A stretch of DNA of 64,000 bases, taken from IMG/VR virus record IMGVR_UViG_3300021425_003554; one strand, 5' to 3'. Shown here in pieces: positions 37,738 to 46,632 of the stretch (position 1 is its first letter; each line of letters begins with the position of its first letter). This stretch comes from a virus. Lineage: Duplodnaviria > Caudoviricetes. The notes beneath the pieces were generated by a model. The model was not told where the DNA came from. It did no database searches and saw only the letters and a program-made list of their open reading frames with translations. Made by a program: the position numbers and the translations under genes.

Positions 37738-38952
37738 ATGGCAGTCTTAAAAGGTTTAAAAACATTAGTTAACACATCTCCAAATTTCTCTAATCAAGGA
37801 GTTCAAAATGGAATAACAAACTGTAACACAGGATTTATTTCCAAAACGAGAACATTGCTTTCAAAAACAGATGTCAACGAAGTTTTGACCAACTCACAAA
37901 AGAACAGCATAAAAGATGCCATAAACACAAATACGTATCTAAATGTCAAATATCTGGACGAACTAGATGCACACACTGTAAAAATTTTAGATGGTAGCCT
38001 AGGTGAACAAGATCCAGACGACGACAGGCCAAACACAGGAACATTCTTACAACATCTAAGCGAAGTGCAAGGATTTATTTTGACCATACCCACATTGTAC
38101 GGAGTGACTGCAGATTCTATGAACAGAGGAATAAATGGACACTTTGGCTCTATAGCCGGTTACTTGGATAACACCCTAGAAACCTTAACGAGAACAATGA
38201 CTTTTATAAATCAACAAATTATGTCAACAGACACAGCATATCAGACAGCATTGCAAAACATGAGTGATTTGATAGATACATTAGAAGACAGCACAGATTT
38301 GAACGTGTCCACATTTAATTCTTTAGTTAGTTCCATCATTTCAACATCAACAAACTTTCACAACAATTTGTCGACCGGTATATATACTGAATATTATAAT
38401 AATCTTGTGTCTGTTAAAAATACGATCGAAACACAAATTGCACTTGAAACATCCAACTTAGGATCTATTTTTACCTACAGCGAATCATTGACCACACACA
38501 ACATATATCAAAGTTTTGCTTCTGACAAAACAATAGCACAGTTGCTATCTAGGTTGAGTCAGAACGCCGATTGGAAAAAATACTTTGACGAGTATGAAAC
38601 AAATTCCAGTTACGATAATGCATTATATCACAATCCTGCATCTGATTCGTCGGCAAATGAAATAATAGAAAGTGTTATGAGATTGAGAGGATTACCGGAT
38701 GTCGTTGATTATACAGATATAAGATCAGTCACACGTAAGGCATTAAAAGATGTTAGAATCAAAAATAAGATTTCGGATTCCGGAAAAACCGCAGAACAAA
38801 TCATAAATGATTCATTGAACATATTAGGACTATCTGTTCCTGGCAGTGTATATGCAAAATCAAAAGTTCTTTTGGAAAATATGAACAACAACGATATTGA
38901 GATAATAAAGAAAGAACTTGCATTGTTTCAAGACGTCAATACGCTTTCTTAA
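37738..38952 (+). CDS. hypothetical, probably virion/baseplate-associated protein
   Basis: 404 aa, S/T/N-rich, follows PAAR. Confidence 0.6.
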   Translation: MAVLKGLKTLVNTSPNFSNQGVQNGITNCNTGFISKTRTLLSKTDVNEVLTNSQKNSIKDAINTNTYLNVKYLDELDAHTVKILDGSLGEQDPDDDRPNTGTFLQHLSEVQGFILTIPTLYGVTADSMNRGINGHFGSIAGYLDNTLETLTRTMTFINQQIMSTDTAYQTALQNMSDLIDTLEDSTDLNVSTFNSLVSSIISTSTNFHNNLSTGIYTEYYNNLVSVKNTIETQIALETSNLGSIFTYSESLTTHNIYQSFASDKTIAQLLSRLSQNADWKKYFDEYETNSSYDNALYHNPASDSSANEIIESVMRLRGLPDVVDYTDIRSVTRKALKDVRIKNKISDSGKTAEQIINDSLNILGLSVPGSVYAKSKVLLENMNNNDIEIIKKELALFQDVNTLS

Positions 38953-38973
38953 CACCCAATAAATAAAATTGTT

Positions 38974-39852
38974 ATGTTGCTCGGACACAAAAACGATTTG
39001 GAAAATAATTCGTGGAAAGTTTTACCACATTTAAAAGATTGGTCATTAAATAAAAACAAAGACCTGTACACTCTTTACAGCAATATCTGTCCACATCAGG
39101 GTTCTTATTTTAAAGGAACACAAGGACAAAATACCAGACTATGTCCATATCATGGTTGGTCATTCACAAGCAAAGGAGAACCTGTTGGTTCCGGTAGCAC
39201 TTCACATTGGTGTAAGAATGAAGAGAATTTAGAAAATAAAGAAGTTTTTGAATGGAATGGCTATTTGTTTTCTGAAAAACACGACTTGCCCACAATAGAT
39301 TATATCAAGAGCGATCATCTTGTGTTGGAAGAAATGCGTGTAGATAATGTGAAGGCAAATTATATTGATATTGTTAATATTTTTTTAGACATGGATCATC
39401 TTCCAGTAGTTCATCCAAAAATATATGATCAACTATCTGTGGAAAAAGTTGAATGGGAGATTTTAGAAAATTCGTCAGTGCAGTATGCTCCCAACAACAA
39501 AGAAAAATTAGATAATGATTTTGGACAGACAATGCTACAAGAAGATCGAGAAAGGAAACACGGTGCCGCTTGGTTCTGTGTGTATCCATACACAATGATG
39601 GAATACTTTCCTGGTGCTTGGTTCAACACCGTCTGTAACCCAATCAACGATAAAGAAACCAATGTGACTGTTTACAAATACAGAGACACAAGATATTCCG
39701 AAAAGAATTGGGAGTTGAACTGTCACATATGGGAAACTGCCTGGAGCCAAGATAAAACACAATCCGAATCGGTTGTACCTCACTTTCAATCTAAATTTTT
39801 GGAAAAACAAAAAACACATTACATAAATTGGTTACGAAATAATGGATTATGA
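38974..39852 (+). CDS. Rieske non-heme iron oxygenase alpha subunit
   Basis: CPHQG...CPYHGW Rieske motif; NIFLDMDHLPVVH mononuclear Fe site. Confidence 0.9.
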   Translation: MLLGHKNDLENNSWKVLPHLKDWSLNKNKDLYTLYSNICPHQGSYFKGTQGQNTRLCPYHGWSFTSKGEPVGSGSTSHWCKNEENLENKEVFEWNGYLFSEKHDLPTIDYIKSDHLVLEEMRVDNVKANYIDIVNIFLDMDHLPVVHPKIYDQLSVEKVEWEILENSSVQYAPNNKEKLDNDFGQTMLQEDRERKHGAAWFCVYPYTMMEYFPGAWFNTVCNPINDKETNVTVYKYRDTRYSEKNWELNCHIWETAWSQDKTQSESVVPHFQSKFLEKQKTHYINWLRNNGL

Positions 39853-40759
39853 TTCTCTGCCAGGATACGGTAAAGATAATTGGATAAAATATAAATGGAA
39901 TAGAAGTTATGAAAATCCATATCCAAGCAATGATTTTGAATGTTTTTTAAGACCTCAAGGAAACAATAAAATTGTTCCTATAGATGTCGCCACAAGAAAC
40001 GCAGTATCAGACATACACGAAACTTACAATAAAAAAATCTATCTTGCCATGAGTGGGGGGATAGATAGCGAGTATGTTGCGGACATATTGGTCAAACAAA
40101 AAATTAAATTCACACCAATAGTGGTAACTCTCAACAAAGAGAACTCGTTAGACACCTGGTGGGCATTTCGTTGGTGCAAACAAAACAACATCGAACCTCA
40201 CGTGATCAACATCAATGAGGATCAGTATATTGATAATCTGATTGCTCATTCGAAAAAATATTGTAGCATAATGACAGCAGGTTCTGTCACTGTGAAATTT
40301 GTGTTGGATTATGTGAATGATCGCGATGGGATATTATTGACGGGGATGGGGTTTAATGAATTGTACATACCCGATCCTATCATGTACGAAGAGGAATACG
40401 ATGCCACACTAAAAGACAGCGAGGGAAATATGAAACACGGATACCTACAAAGTGAAGCAGATCTTGTAAAATTATTGATTGCCGATGGCAAACATCCAAT
40501 GACTGTTTTAAATTGGAATCCGGAAGTGACCTTGAGTTACATAGCCGCAAGAGATCCAAGAATGACAACAGAAGAAAACAGGTTCAAGATATTTAATTGC
40601 TCTCCCAGACCAAAGATCGCTCTACCCATGGACAGAAGAATCATTGATTCAAAAAAATACAAAAATTTTACAACACTGATAAGACACGTGGGCACAACAA
40701 AAAGTTATTATTTAGGAACAACAGAAAAATTAATTGATCTGTTGTCGAAAGGAATATAG
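39842..40759 (+). CDS. PP-loop (adenine nucleotide alpha hydrolase) family protein
   Basis: YLAMSGGIDSE; LLTGMG. Confidence 0.65.
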   Translation: MDYDSLPGYGKDNWIKYKWNRSYENPYPSNDFECFLRPQGNNKIVPIDVATRNAVSDIHETYNKKIYLAMSGGIDSEYVADILVKQKIKFTPIVVTLNKENSLDTWWAFRWCKQNNIEPHVININEDQYIDNLIAHSKKYCSIMTAGSVTVKFVLDYVNDRDGILLTGMGFNELYIPDPIMYEEEYDATLKDSEGNMKHGYLQSEADLVKLLIADGKHPMTVLNWNPEVTLSYIAARDPRMTTEENRFKIFNCSPRPKIALPMDRRIIDSKKYKNFTTLIRHVGTTKSYYLGTTEKLIDLLSKGI

Positions 40760-40975
40760 ATGTACAATTGGCTGAACTGGTGGGTACCCAACGAGAGAGT
40801 GTTCAATTATGTATTTTTCCTGTTCTTGGGGTTGTATCTGTTGCCAAGCATAATGGGAATACGGTTTACAATGTTGGGATATGTTGTAAATCTAATATGG
40901 CTTGATGCCTTATACTATTGGAGTTATAAAAAAGCAGAAGAATTAAAAGATAGATTCAAGGACGACGATGAATAA
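40760..40975 (+). CDS. small membrane protein
   Basis: two TM-like segments. Confidence 0.6.
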   Translation: MYNWLNWWVPNERVFNYVFFLFLGLYLLPSIMGIRFTMLGYVVNLIWLDALYYWSYKKAEELKDRFKDDDE

Positions 40976-41339
40976 ACATTTAGATATATCAATCTACATA
41001 GACACTTTAAAAAAAACAAACGAGAATCCTGTTGAAATAAAGTTTAATAACAACAAAGTCACAAATTATACAATGGAATACAATAACAAAAGAATCGTGG
41101 TCAAATTTAGTGTCCAAGAACCCACATCGATCACACAATCTATTTTAGAAGTAAAAAATGCTTATAAACAACATTATATTAACATCGCCGACATGACTAT
41201 AAATGATTTTAGTTGTTTATCTTATTTTTCTTTGTTAACTAATGATAAAAATGAAATTATTATGAAACCCGACAACGAAATTATCCTAAGGTGGAACAGT
41301 CCTTATTCTTACTATTTTCTCAAAAATTTTGATCTTTAA
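40968..41339 (+). CDS. hypothetical protein
   Basis: ORF. Confidence 0.55.
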   Translation: MNKHLDISIYIDTLKKTNENPVEIKFNNNKVTNYTMEYNNKRIVVKFSVQEPTSITQSILEVKNAYKQHYINIADMTINDFSCLSYFSLLTNDKNEIIMKPDNEIILRWNSPYSYYFLKNFDL

Positions 41340-42357
41340 TGTAGATCAAATCACTATAAATTGCTTTTTCAAAATTAATACTTTTTAATACTTTCATTCC
41401 TTCTTGATAAATGTCAAAAACTTCTTTATCATTTTCTTTGGCATATTTTTCCATAGATGCACATTCATAATTAACATGAGTTGTGGATAAAAAGGCATTT
41501 TGTCTTTTATAAGCAATATCATCGTTATCCGGCATAACAAGTCCTAGAGATTTTTTAAACTCTTTGTGATCAAACACAGGATTGTGCCCTTGAAATTTTT
41601 GTACTTTTTCATTATCTAAATCTGCGTGTTGTTCATAAAAAGCAATGGCTTTGTGTGTTTGCCAATTGAGAATTTCAAAATCGTCCCAAAATAGATTAAA
41701 AAATTGAGGTAGATAGTATGTGCAATATTCTTGTGTATCAAAATAAATTAAATACCATTTATTATCGTCAAGGTAAAGACGAGGATGATCGTTTCCAGTT
41801 ATATGAATTGTTTTGTCGTTGATTAATCTTTCTTTCTCTATTGGGTGAGTATCTAAAATATTATATCTCATATGTTTGCTAAATCTATCTGTGATAAAAG
41901 GTTGCCTAACCCAATCTTCTTTGTGTTTTAAATAAAAACTTTTGGCAGTCTCGTATCCCACATCCAATACTGTTATTTTACTATTGAATTTTTTATTGTA
42001 ATTTTGTATATCCTTCATTACTAATCTTTTTTCTTCTTTATACAATGAATAAGGATCATATAATTTGTCATAAAAAACTAGTTCATCAAATTCAATATTA
42101 TGACGATACGCACAATCTAATATTGTCTTGCTGTCTGTTCCTCCACTGTACCACAAGATCAACCTAATATCTTGTTGTTTTAATTTTAGAAGTCTGTTTT
42201 TTATTAATTCATCTAAAGTGATGTCTGGACAATTTTTAAAATCATAATTCGTCAATGCATCTGTTTTATAATAAAATTTACAATTAGGATCGGACTCCAC
42301 AGCGATCACTTTGCTTAGATGTTTTTTTCCATTAGCCGTCCAGTAAACATCAATCAT
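41320..42357 (-). CDS. PP-loop family protein
   Basis: LILWYSGGTDS; HITGNDHP. Confidence 0.65.
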   Translation of the reverse strand: MIDVYWTANGKKHLSKVIAVESDPNCKFYYKTDALTNYDFKNCPDITLDELIKNRLLKLKQQDIRLILWYSGGTDSKTILDCAYRHNIEFDELVFYDKLYDPYSLYKEEKRLVMKDIQNYNKKFNSKITVLDVGYETAKSFYLKHKEDWVRQPFITDRFSKHMRYNILDTHPIEKERLINDKTIHITGNDHPRLYLDDNKWYLIYFDTQEYCTYYLPQFFNLFWDDFEILNWQTHKAIAFYEQHADLDNEKVQKFQGHNPVFDHKEFKKSLGLVMPDNDDIAYKRQNAFLSTTHVNYECASMEKYAKENDKEVFDIYQEGMKVLKSINFEKAIYSDLIYIKDQNF

Positions 42358-42671
42358 GTAAAATCCTTTAATTTTTTATCTAATAATTTTTGCACGATAT
42401 TTTTGTTTAACTTTTTATTATGATACAGAACAACAAACCTACGATGCTGTCTGCTTAAATTCAAAGAACAATAAGATTGTCCAAATTTTGTTGTGTGCAT
42501 AGAGTGTTTTTTCCAATTGGATACTATTTTATTATCAACTTCGTACACCTGAGCCTGCTCCCATTTATCTATAAAATACACAGTTCTATAGTTCATACCC
42601 TTATAGTTGATTGATGGTATTTCAAACTCCCCCGGGGCCTGATGTACTAGCTCTAATATTATTTCGCTCAT
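42354..42671 (-). CDS. hypothetical protein, resembles the C-terminal part of 42668
   Basis: FIDKWEQAQVYEVDNKIVSNWK vs LNDRKPGQFMHIEDKIINSWK. Confidence 0.55.
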   Translation of the reverse strand: MSEIILELVHQAPGEFEIPSINYKGMNYRTVYFIDKWEQAQVYEVDNKIVSNWKKHSMHTTKFGQSYCSLNLSRQHRRFVVLYHNKKLNKNIVQKLLDKKLKDFT

Positions 42672-43282
42672 AACTTTATAATTTTTTTCTTTTTAAATTT
42701 TTCAAACTTCTTCGTTGGGATACCTGTTATTCTCAATATCCAACGAGGTTCATTTCCGCAGTTTCCTGCTCCGTGATATACTTCCTTGCTATTATAATAA
42801 AACATATCGCCTTGTTTCCAACTATTAATAATTTTGTCTTCGATGTGCATGAACTGTCCAGGCTTTCGATCATTCAACATTAATAACATTCTATGGTACT
42901 CTGGATTTTTAAACTCATTTGCTTTGACATATAATTCTTTTCTCTCTGCTATATCGTAATCGGGCATATGATCTATGTGTCTTAGTTGTATTTCGCCTTG
43001 TTCATATTTCATTATGATCATTTGAGTATTTTTCCAACCTAGCAATTTTCTTAGTTTCTCTAATGTTGGCATTTTAACAGGATCTATATAACCTCGAGAA
43101 TTTCTTTTTATACCAATCTTTTTGTAATCGATATTTGCTTGTCCCATTTTAAGTGACTTTTTATAATCTTTCTTTTCAAGCACTTGTTCCAAATATTCTC
43201 TGCCAAAGTTTGCCTTATAGTATGATAATTCTTTATCAAAATTGCCACCCACTACTTGAAATTTGTGTACTTTCTTATTCAT
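42668..43282 (-). CDS. 2OG-Fe(II)/cupin-like oxygenase
   Basis: HID motif, WKQGD, HGAGN, R.ILRITG. Confidence 0.7.
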   Translation of the reverse strand: MNKKVHKFQVVGGNFDKELSYYKANFGREYLEQVLEKKDYKKSLKMGQANIDYKKIGIKRNSRGYIDPVKMPTLEKLRKLLGWKNTQMIIMKYEQGEIQLRHIDHMPDYDIAERKELYVKANEFKNPEYHRMLLMLNDRKPGQFMHIEDKIINSWKQGDMFYYNSKEVYHGAGNCGNEPRWILRITGIPTKKFEKFKKKKIIKL

Positions 43283-43283
43283 T

Positions 43284-44012
43284 TTAATTTTTCTCCTTTA
43301 GAATTTTATCAAATAACTCGTTTACAACAATACCTATTAATATAATAATGAAAAAGACAGCATACATGGTAGATGTTTCCATTATGTCTTTGGCATCTGT
43401 CATGTAAGTGCCTATACCCCAATGACTGCCTATAGTGCCAAACACAACTTCTATACCTATCAATATCCTCCAACTCAAATTCCAACACGTTTTGAAATTA
43501 GCGACCAATAAAGGTTTTAAACTAGGAAGATAAACTTTTATTATACTTTCTATTACTCCCAATCTTAGATTGCCACAGTGTTTAGACCATTTTGTCAGAG
43601 ATTCCTCCAAGGAAACGATCATGTTTAATCCCACCATCCAAACGGTAGCAAAGATCATTAATAAAATTATTGTTAATTCATTCACTCCAAACACGAGCAT
43701 GAAGACCGGCAACCATGCAAAAGTTGGTGTGGGTTGTAAAGATGCACAAAGGCTCTTGAAGATAAATCTAAATTGCTTATTTAAAACAGATATTATAATC
43801 ACAACAAACAATAGACTCAATATCAAAAACCAAGTTTTAATTAGGAATAAAATACTGTCTGTTAAGGCACCTATAAATCTTATATCAGTTAATAATTGAG
43901 GATATTCGACTATCAATATATCGATGCCTGGTAAAATATAATTGTTACCTATAGACATTGATAGTAATTGCCAAACTATTAAAATAATTACAAAACTTTT
44001 TATACTATTCAT
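43284..44012 (-). CDS. ABC transporter permease (SsuC/TauC/NitT-like)
   Basis: P.P.FAWLP...FG; EAA-like loop; GIG.Y; start moved to MNSIK. Confidence 0.85.
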   Translation of the reverse strand: MNSIKSFVIILIVWQLLSMSIGNNYILPGIDILIVEYPQLLTDIRFIGALTDSILFLIKTWFLILSLLFVVIIISVLNKQFRFIFKSLCASLQPTPTFAWLPVFMLVFGVNELTIILLMIFATVWMVGLNMIVSLEESLTKWSKHCGNLRLGVIESIIKVYLPSLKPLLVANFKTCWNLSWRILIGIEVVFGTIGSHWGIGTYMTDAKDIMETSTMYAVFFIIILIGIVVNELFDKILKEKN

Positions 44013-44560
44013 TTTACTTTGATAACTTTTCCTAATTGTTTGGCTTCTGTTTGATTGTGTGTAACCCATAAAACTTTTTTGTTTGTGCTTTTAACTAATT
44101 TTTTAAATTCTCTCACTATTTCTTTTCCTGTGGCACCATCAACACCGCTCATGGGTTCGTCACATAACAATATTGATCTATCACTATATAGAGCTCTCAT
44201 CAGAGTAAACCGTTGTTTCTGACCAACTGAACACTCGTTGGGCATTTTATCCAAATGTTTTTCTAATTTTAATTTTTTAGCAATCTTGTTCCAATTTATA
44301 TCTGTAACCAGTCTTAAATTTTCCCTCACGGTCATCCAAGGAAATAGTTGTTCTGTATCTTGAAATACCCTGAAAATATTTGAATTGTCTATGATCTTTC
44401 CTGTGTATTCACAACCTCCGGAGATACATTCGAGAAGACTAGTTTTTCCAATACCCGATGCTCCCATCAATGTGTTTACTTCGCCAGGTCGTAGATGTAG
44501 AGTTATAGGTCTAAATAACTCTACATTGTTTCTGAGAGGAGCAACAGAAATCAATTGCAT
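44009..44560 (-). CDS. ABC transporter ATP-binding protein
   Basis: GASGIGKT Walker A, Q...LFPWMTVREN, CSVGQKQR, LLCDEP, VTH. Confidence 0.92.
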   Translation of the reverse strand: MQLISVAPLRNNVELFRPITLHLRPGEVNTLMGASGIGKTSLLECISGGCEYTGKIIDNSNIFRVFQDTEQLFPWMTVRENLRLVTDINWNKIAKKLKLEKHLDKMPNECSVGQKQRFTLMRALYSDRSILLCDEPMSGVDGATGKEIVREFKKLVKSTNKKVLWVTHNQTEAKQLGKVIKVK

Positions 44561-45495
44561 TATTTCAACGCCTCTGCACGATAGATCATTTTTGATATGT
44601 CGCCTTTGTTATCTTTGAGATATTCTATTTCGTATAAAAAATTATTAAAATACTCTGATCCCCTTAGATCGGAATGGAATATTGCTTGATTTTTTATGTG
44701 TCCCTTTTGTAGATACTCCGCAGTTGTGTCCATTTTGTCTTTCTGAATAAATTTTTCTAAAATTGTTATAGGATCCTTGTTATAATCACGTATAACTTCT
44801 ACCGCTGTTGTTATGAAAGCATAAGCCAAATCGGGATTCTGATCAACCCAATCTTTCCTTGTCCAATAGGCATTGTATGATCCTGCTATACCTTTTTCAA
44901 CATCACTTGTGGCAACTGTAACAAAACCCAGTTCGTCCTGTATCTTGTTCTGTAATGGTGCTCCGGTCATCACGCATTTCACGTCAGAAGATCCGGCCTG
45001 CAATATTTGCCATATTTGAGGTCTTTTCATGGTAATAAAATTTTCATCAAGTGCATAAGGATCTCCAAAGTGTTCTTTTGCCAACCACCTGATTGTGTGA
45101 TGTTCCAAGGTGTTTCTACCAGAAGTGACAATTTTTGTAGTTTTAACATCTTCCATTGTTTTGATGTCAGGTGTACATTGTAAGAAATACTTGTAATGCC
45201 CAATGGCAGATAGCAACAAACTTTGCTCAGGCATCTTATCATTTAAAACAATGAACGATGTGATAGACCCCACGTTGACATCTATCTGTTTATTCATCAG
45301 TAAGGAATTGCCTTTGATGGATGATTTTGTTGGTACTGTGTTTACTGTTATGCCTCGTGCTTCTAATCTCTCGATTATTTCATATCCTATATGCTGATGA
45401 GCACCAAAGGTGGGTTGAATGGCCATTGTAAATTCCTTGGCCGATATTGTTGTTGTTATGATAGATATCAACAACGTCAGAATCATTTTCTTCAT
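44560..45495 (-). CDS. ABC substrate-binding protein (NMT1/SsuA/TauA-like)
   Basis: signal peptide, periplasmic binding protein type II pattern, heads the ABC operon. Confidence 0.75.
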   Translation of the reverse strand: MKKMILTLLISIITTTISAKEFTMAIQPTFGAHQHIGYEIIERLEARGITVNTVPTKSSIKGNSLLMNKQIDVNVGSITSFIVLNDKMPEQSLLLSAIGHYKYFLQCTPDIKTMEDVKTTKIVTSGRNTLEHHTIRWLAKEHFGDPYALDENFITMKRPQIWQILQAGSSDVKCVMTGAPLQNKIQDELGFVTVATSDVEKGIAGSYNAYWTRKDWVDQNPDLAYAFITTAVEVIRDYNKDPITILEKFIQKDKMDTTAEYLQKGHIKNQAIFHSDLRGSEYFNNFLYEIEYLKDNKGDISKMIYRAEALK

Positions 45496-45660
45496 ATAAT
45501 ATTCTCCTAGTTTTAAGTTTAACTACTAGGTTTATTATACCATACGGAAGGGCGTTCTGTCAAACAGTAAAGAGTAAAACTCAAGCGTCCTGTTAATTCC
45601 GACGTCACTACTGGAGTGGCGCTGTAATCGTATTTATAGATTTGATAGATGTGTTAAAAA

Positions 45661-45879
45661 CTATCTACCTAGTTTTTTTGATCTACCCAACGGTAATTTT
45701 TGTAGTTTGTAGAACTCCTCACCACTTTTGGTAGTCCATTCCACTTCCACAAATTTTGCTTTGGAACCGGACTGATAAGATTTCACTGCTCGTCTGTAAC
45801 CCAGTGCTTCAACTTCTTTGACCTGTTCTTCAGCGGGTGCTGTTTTATCTGTAAAAATAAATTTTCTGTTTTTTGGCAT
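45661..45879 (-). CDS. hypothetical protein, leaderless
   Basis: TTGACA-N17-TAATAT-N6-ATG. Confidence 0.65.
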   Translation of the reverse strand: MPKNRKFIFTDKTAPAEEQVKEVEALGYRRAVKSYQSGSKAKFVEVEWTTKSGEEFYKLQKLPLGRSKKLGR

Positions 45880-45954
45880 AAACTTATATTAACATCCAAA
45901 AAAACAAGTGTCAACCTATTGACAAAATACCATTAATGTGTTTAAATACTAGCA

Positions 45955-46256
45955 TGGACGTTGATGGGTAGACAATACCTGGACAAGACGTCGGGGCAGT
46001 ACCGACCACCTCCACCACTCACTTGAAACACACACAATAGATTTGTGCTTTGAGGGGGTGAACTAGGATCGATTGACAGTTAAAACTATCTGGAGTTCAT
46101 CGTGATTATTCCGACGTAATCGGGTTATTTTATAAATGCTAATAAAAAAGCATTGGGATTTGCTGACCTAACAGTTGGTCAATCTCAACTAAGATTAGCG
46201 GCTTAATAGCCAACAATCTTGCGGGTTTGGGGACACCTGGGAACAGAAGTTCCCCC
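45955..46256 (+). ncRNA. ssrA: circularly permuted (two-piece) tmRNA
   Basis: acceptor piece: T-arm GUCGG-GGCAGUA-CCGAC, CACCUCC-A-CCA ending 46017; intervening 46018-46053; coding piece starts GGGGGUG at 46054 (G3.U pair); tag ORF 46138-46206 ANKKALGFADLTVGQSQLRLAA*; TTGACA at 45919; outer ends approximate. Confidence 0.93.
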
Positions 46257-46341
46257 AACATAATACGATCGTATAACTTATAATGTCGTATATTCATTTG
46301 TCATCCTAACCTTAAATATTTCATATTAAACAGGGGTGTGA

Positions 46342-46632
46342 ATGAAAAAACGTAGACTACCAAAGCACAAACAGGTTTGGATGAAAATAAGGAAAAAGGC
46401 TCCCAAAGTTCCCGACATAACCTGCCCGGTCATTGATGATGTGATTGACAAGATAACCAAAATCAAAGAACTGGAAAAAATAATATCTCCCGCTCAATTA
46501 AAAACATTGAAAAAGAAAATGGAAAGACTACGAACAATGAACGAGCAATTGAGAGAAAGCGGACAGTACTGGCATGACGAATGTCAAAAATTAGTGGACG
46601 ACGTTTTCAAACACGGAAAATATAAATTTTAA
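46342..46632 (+). CDS. coiled-coil hypothetical protein (PDITCP.ID motif)
   Basis: ORF. Confidence 0.65.
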   Translation: MKKRRLPKHKQVWMKIRKKAPKVPDITCPVIDDVIDKITKIKELEKIISPAQLKTLKKKMERLRTMNEQLRESGQYWHDECQKLVDDVFKHGKYKF

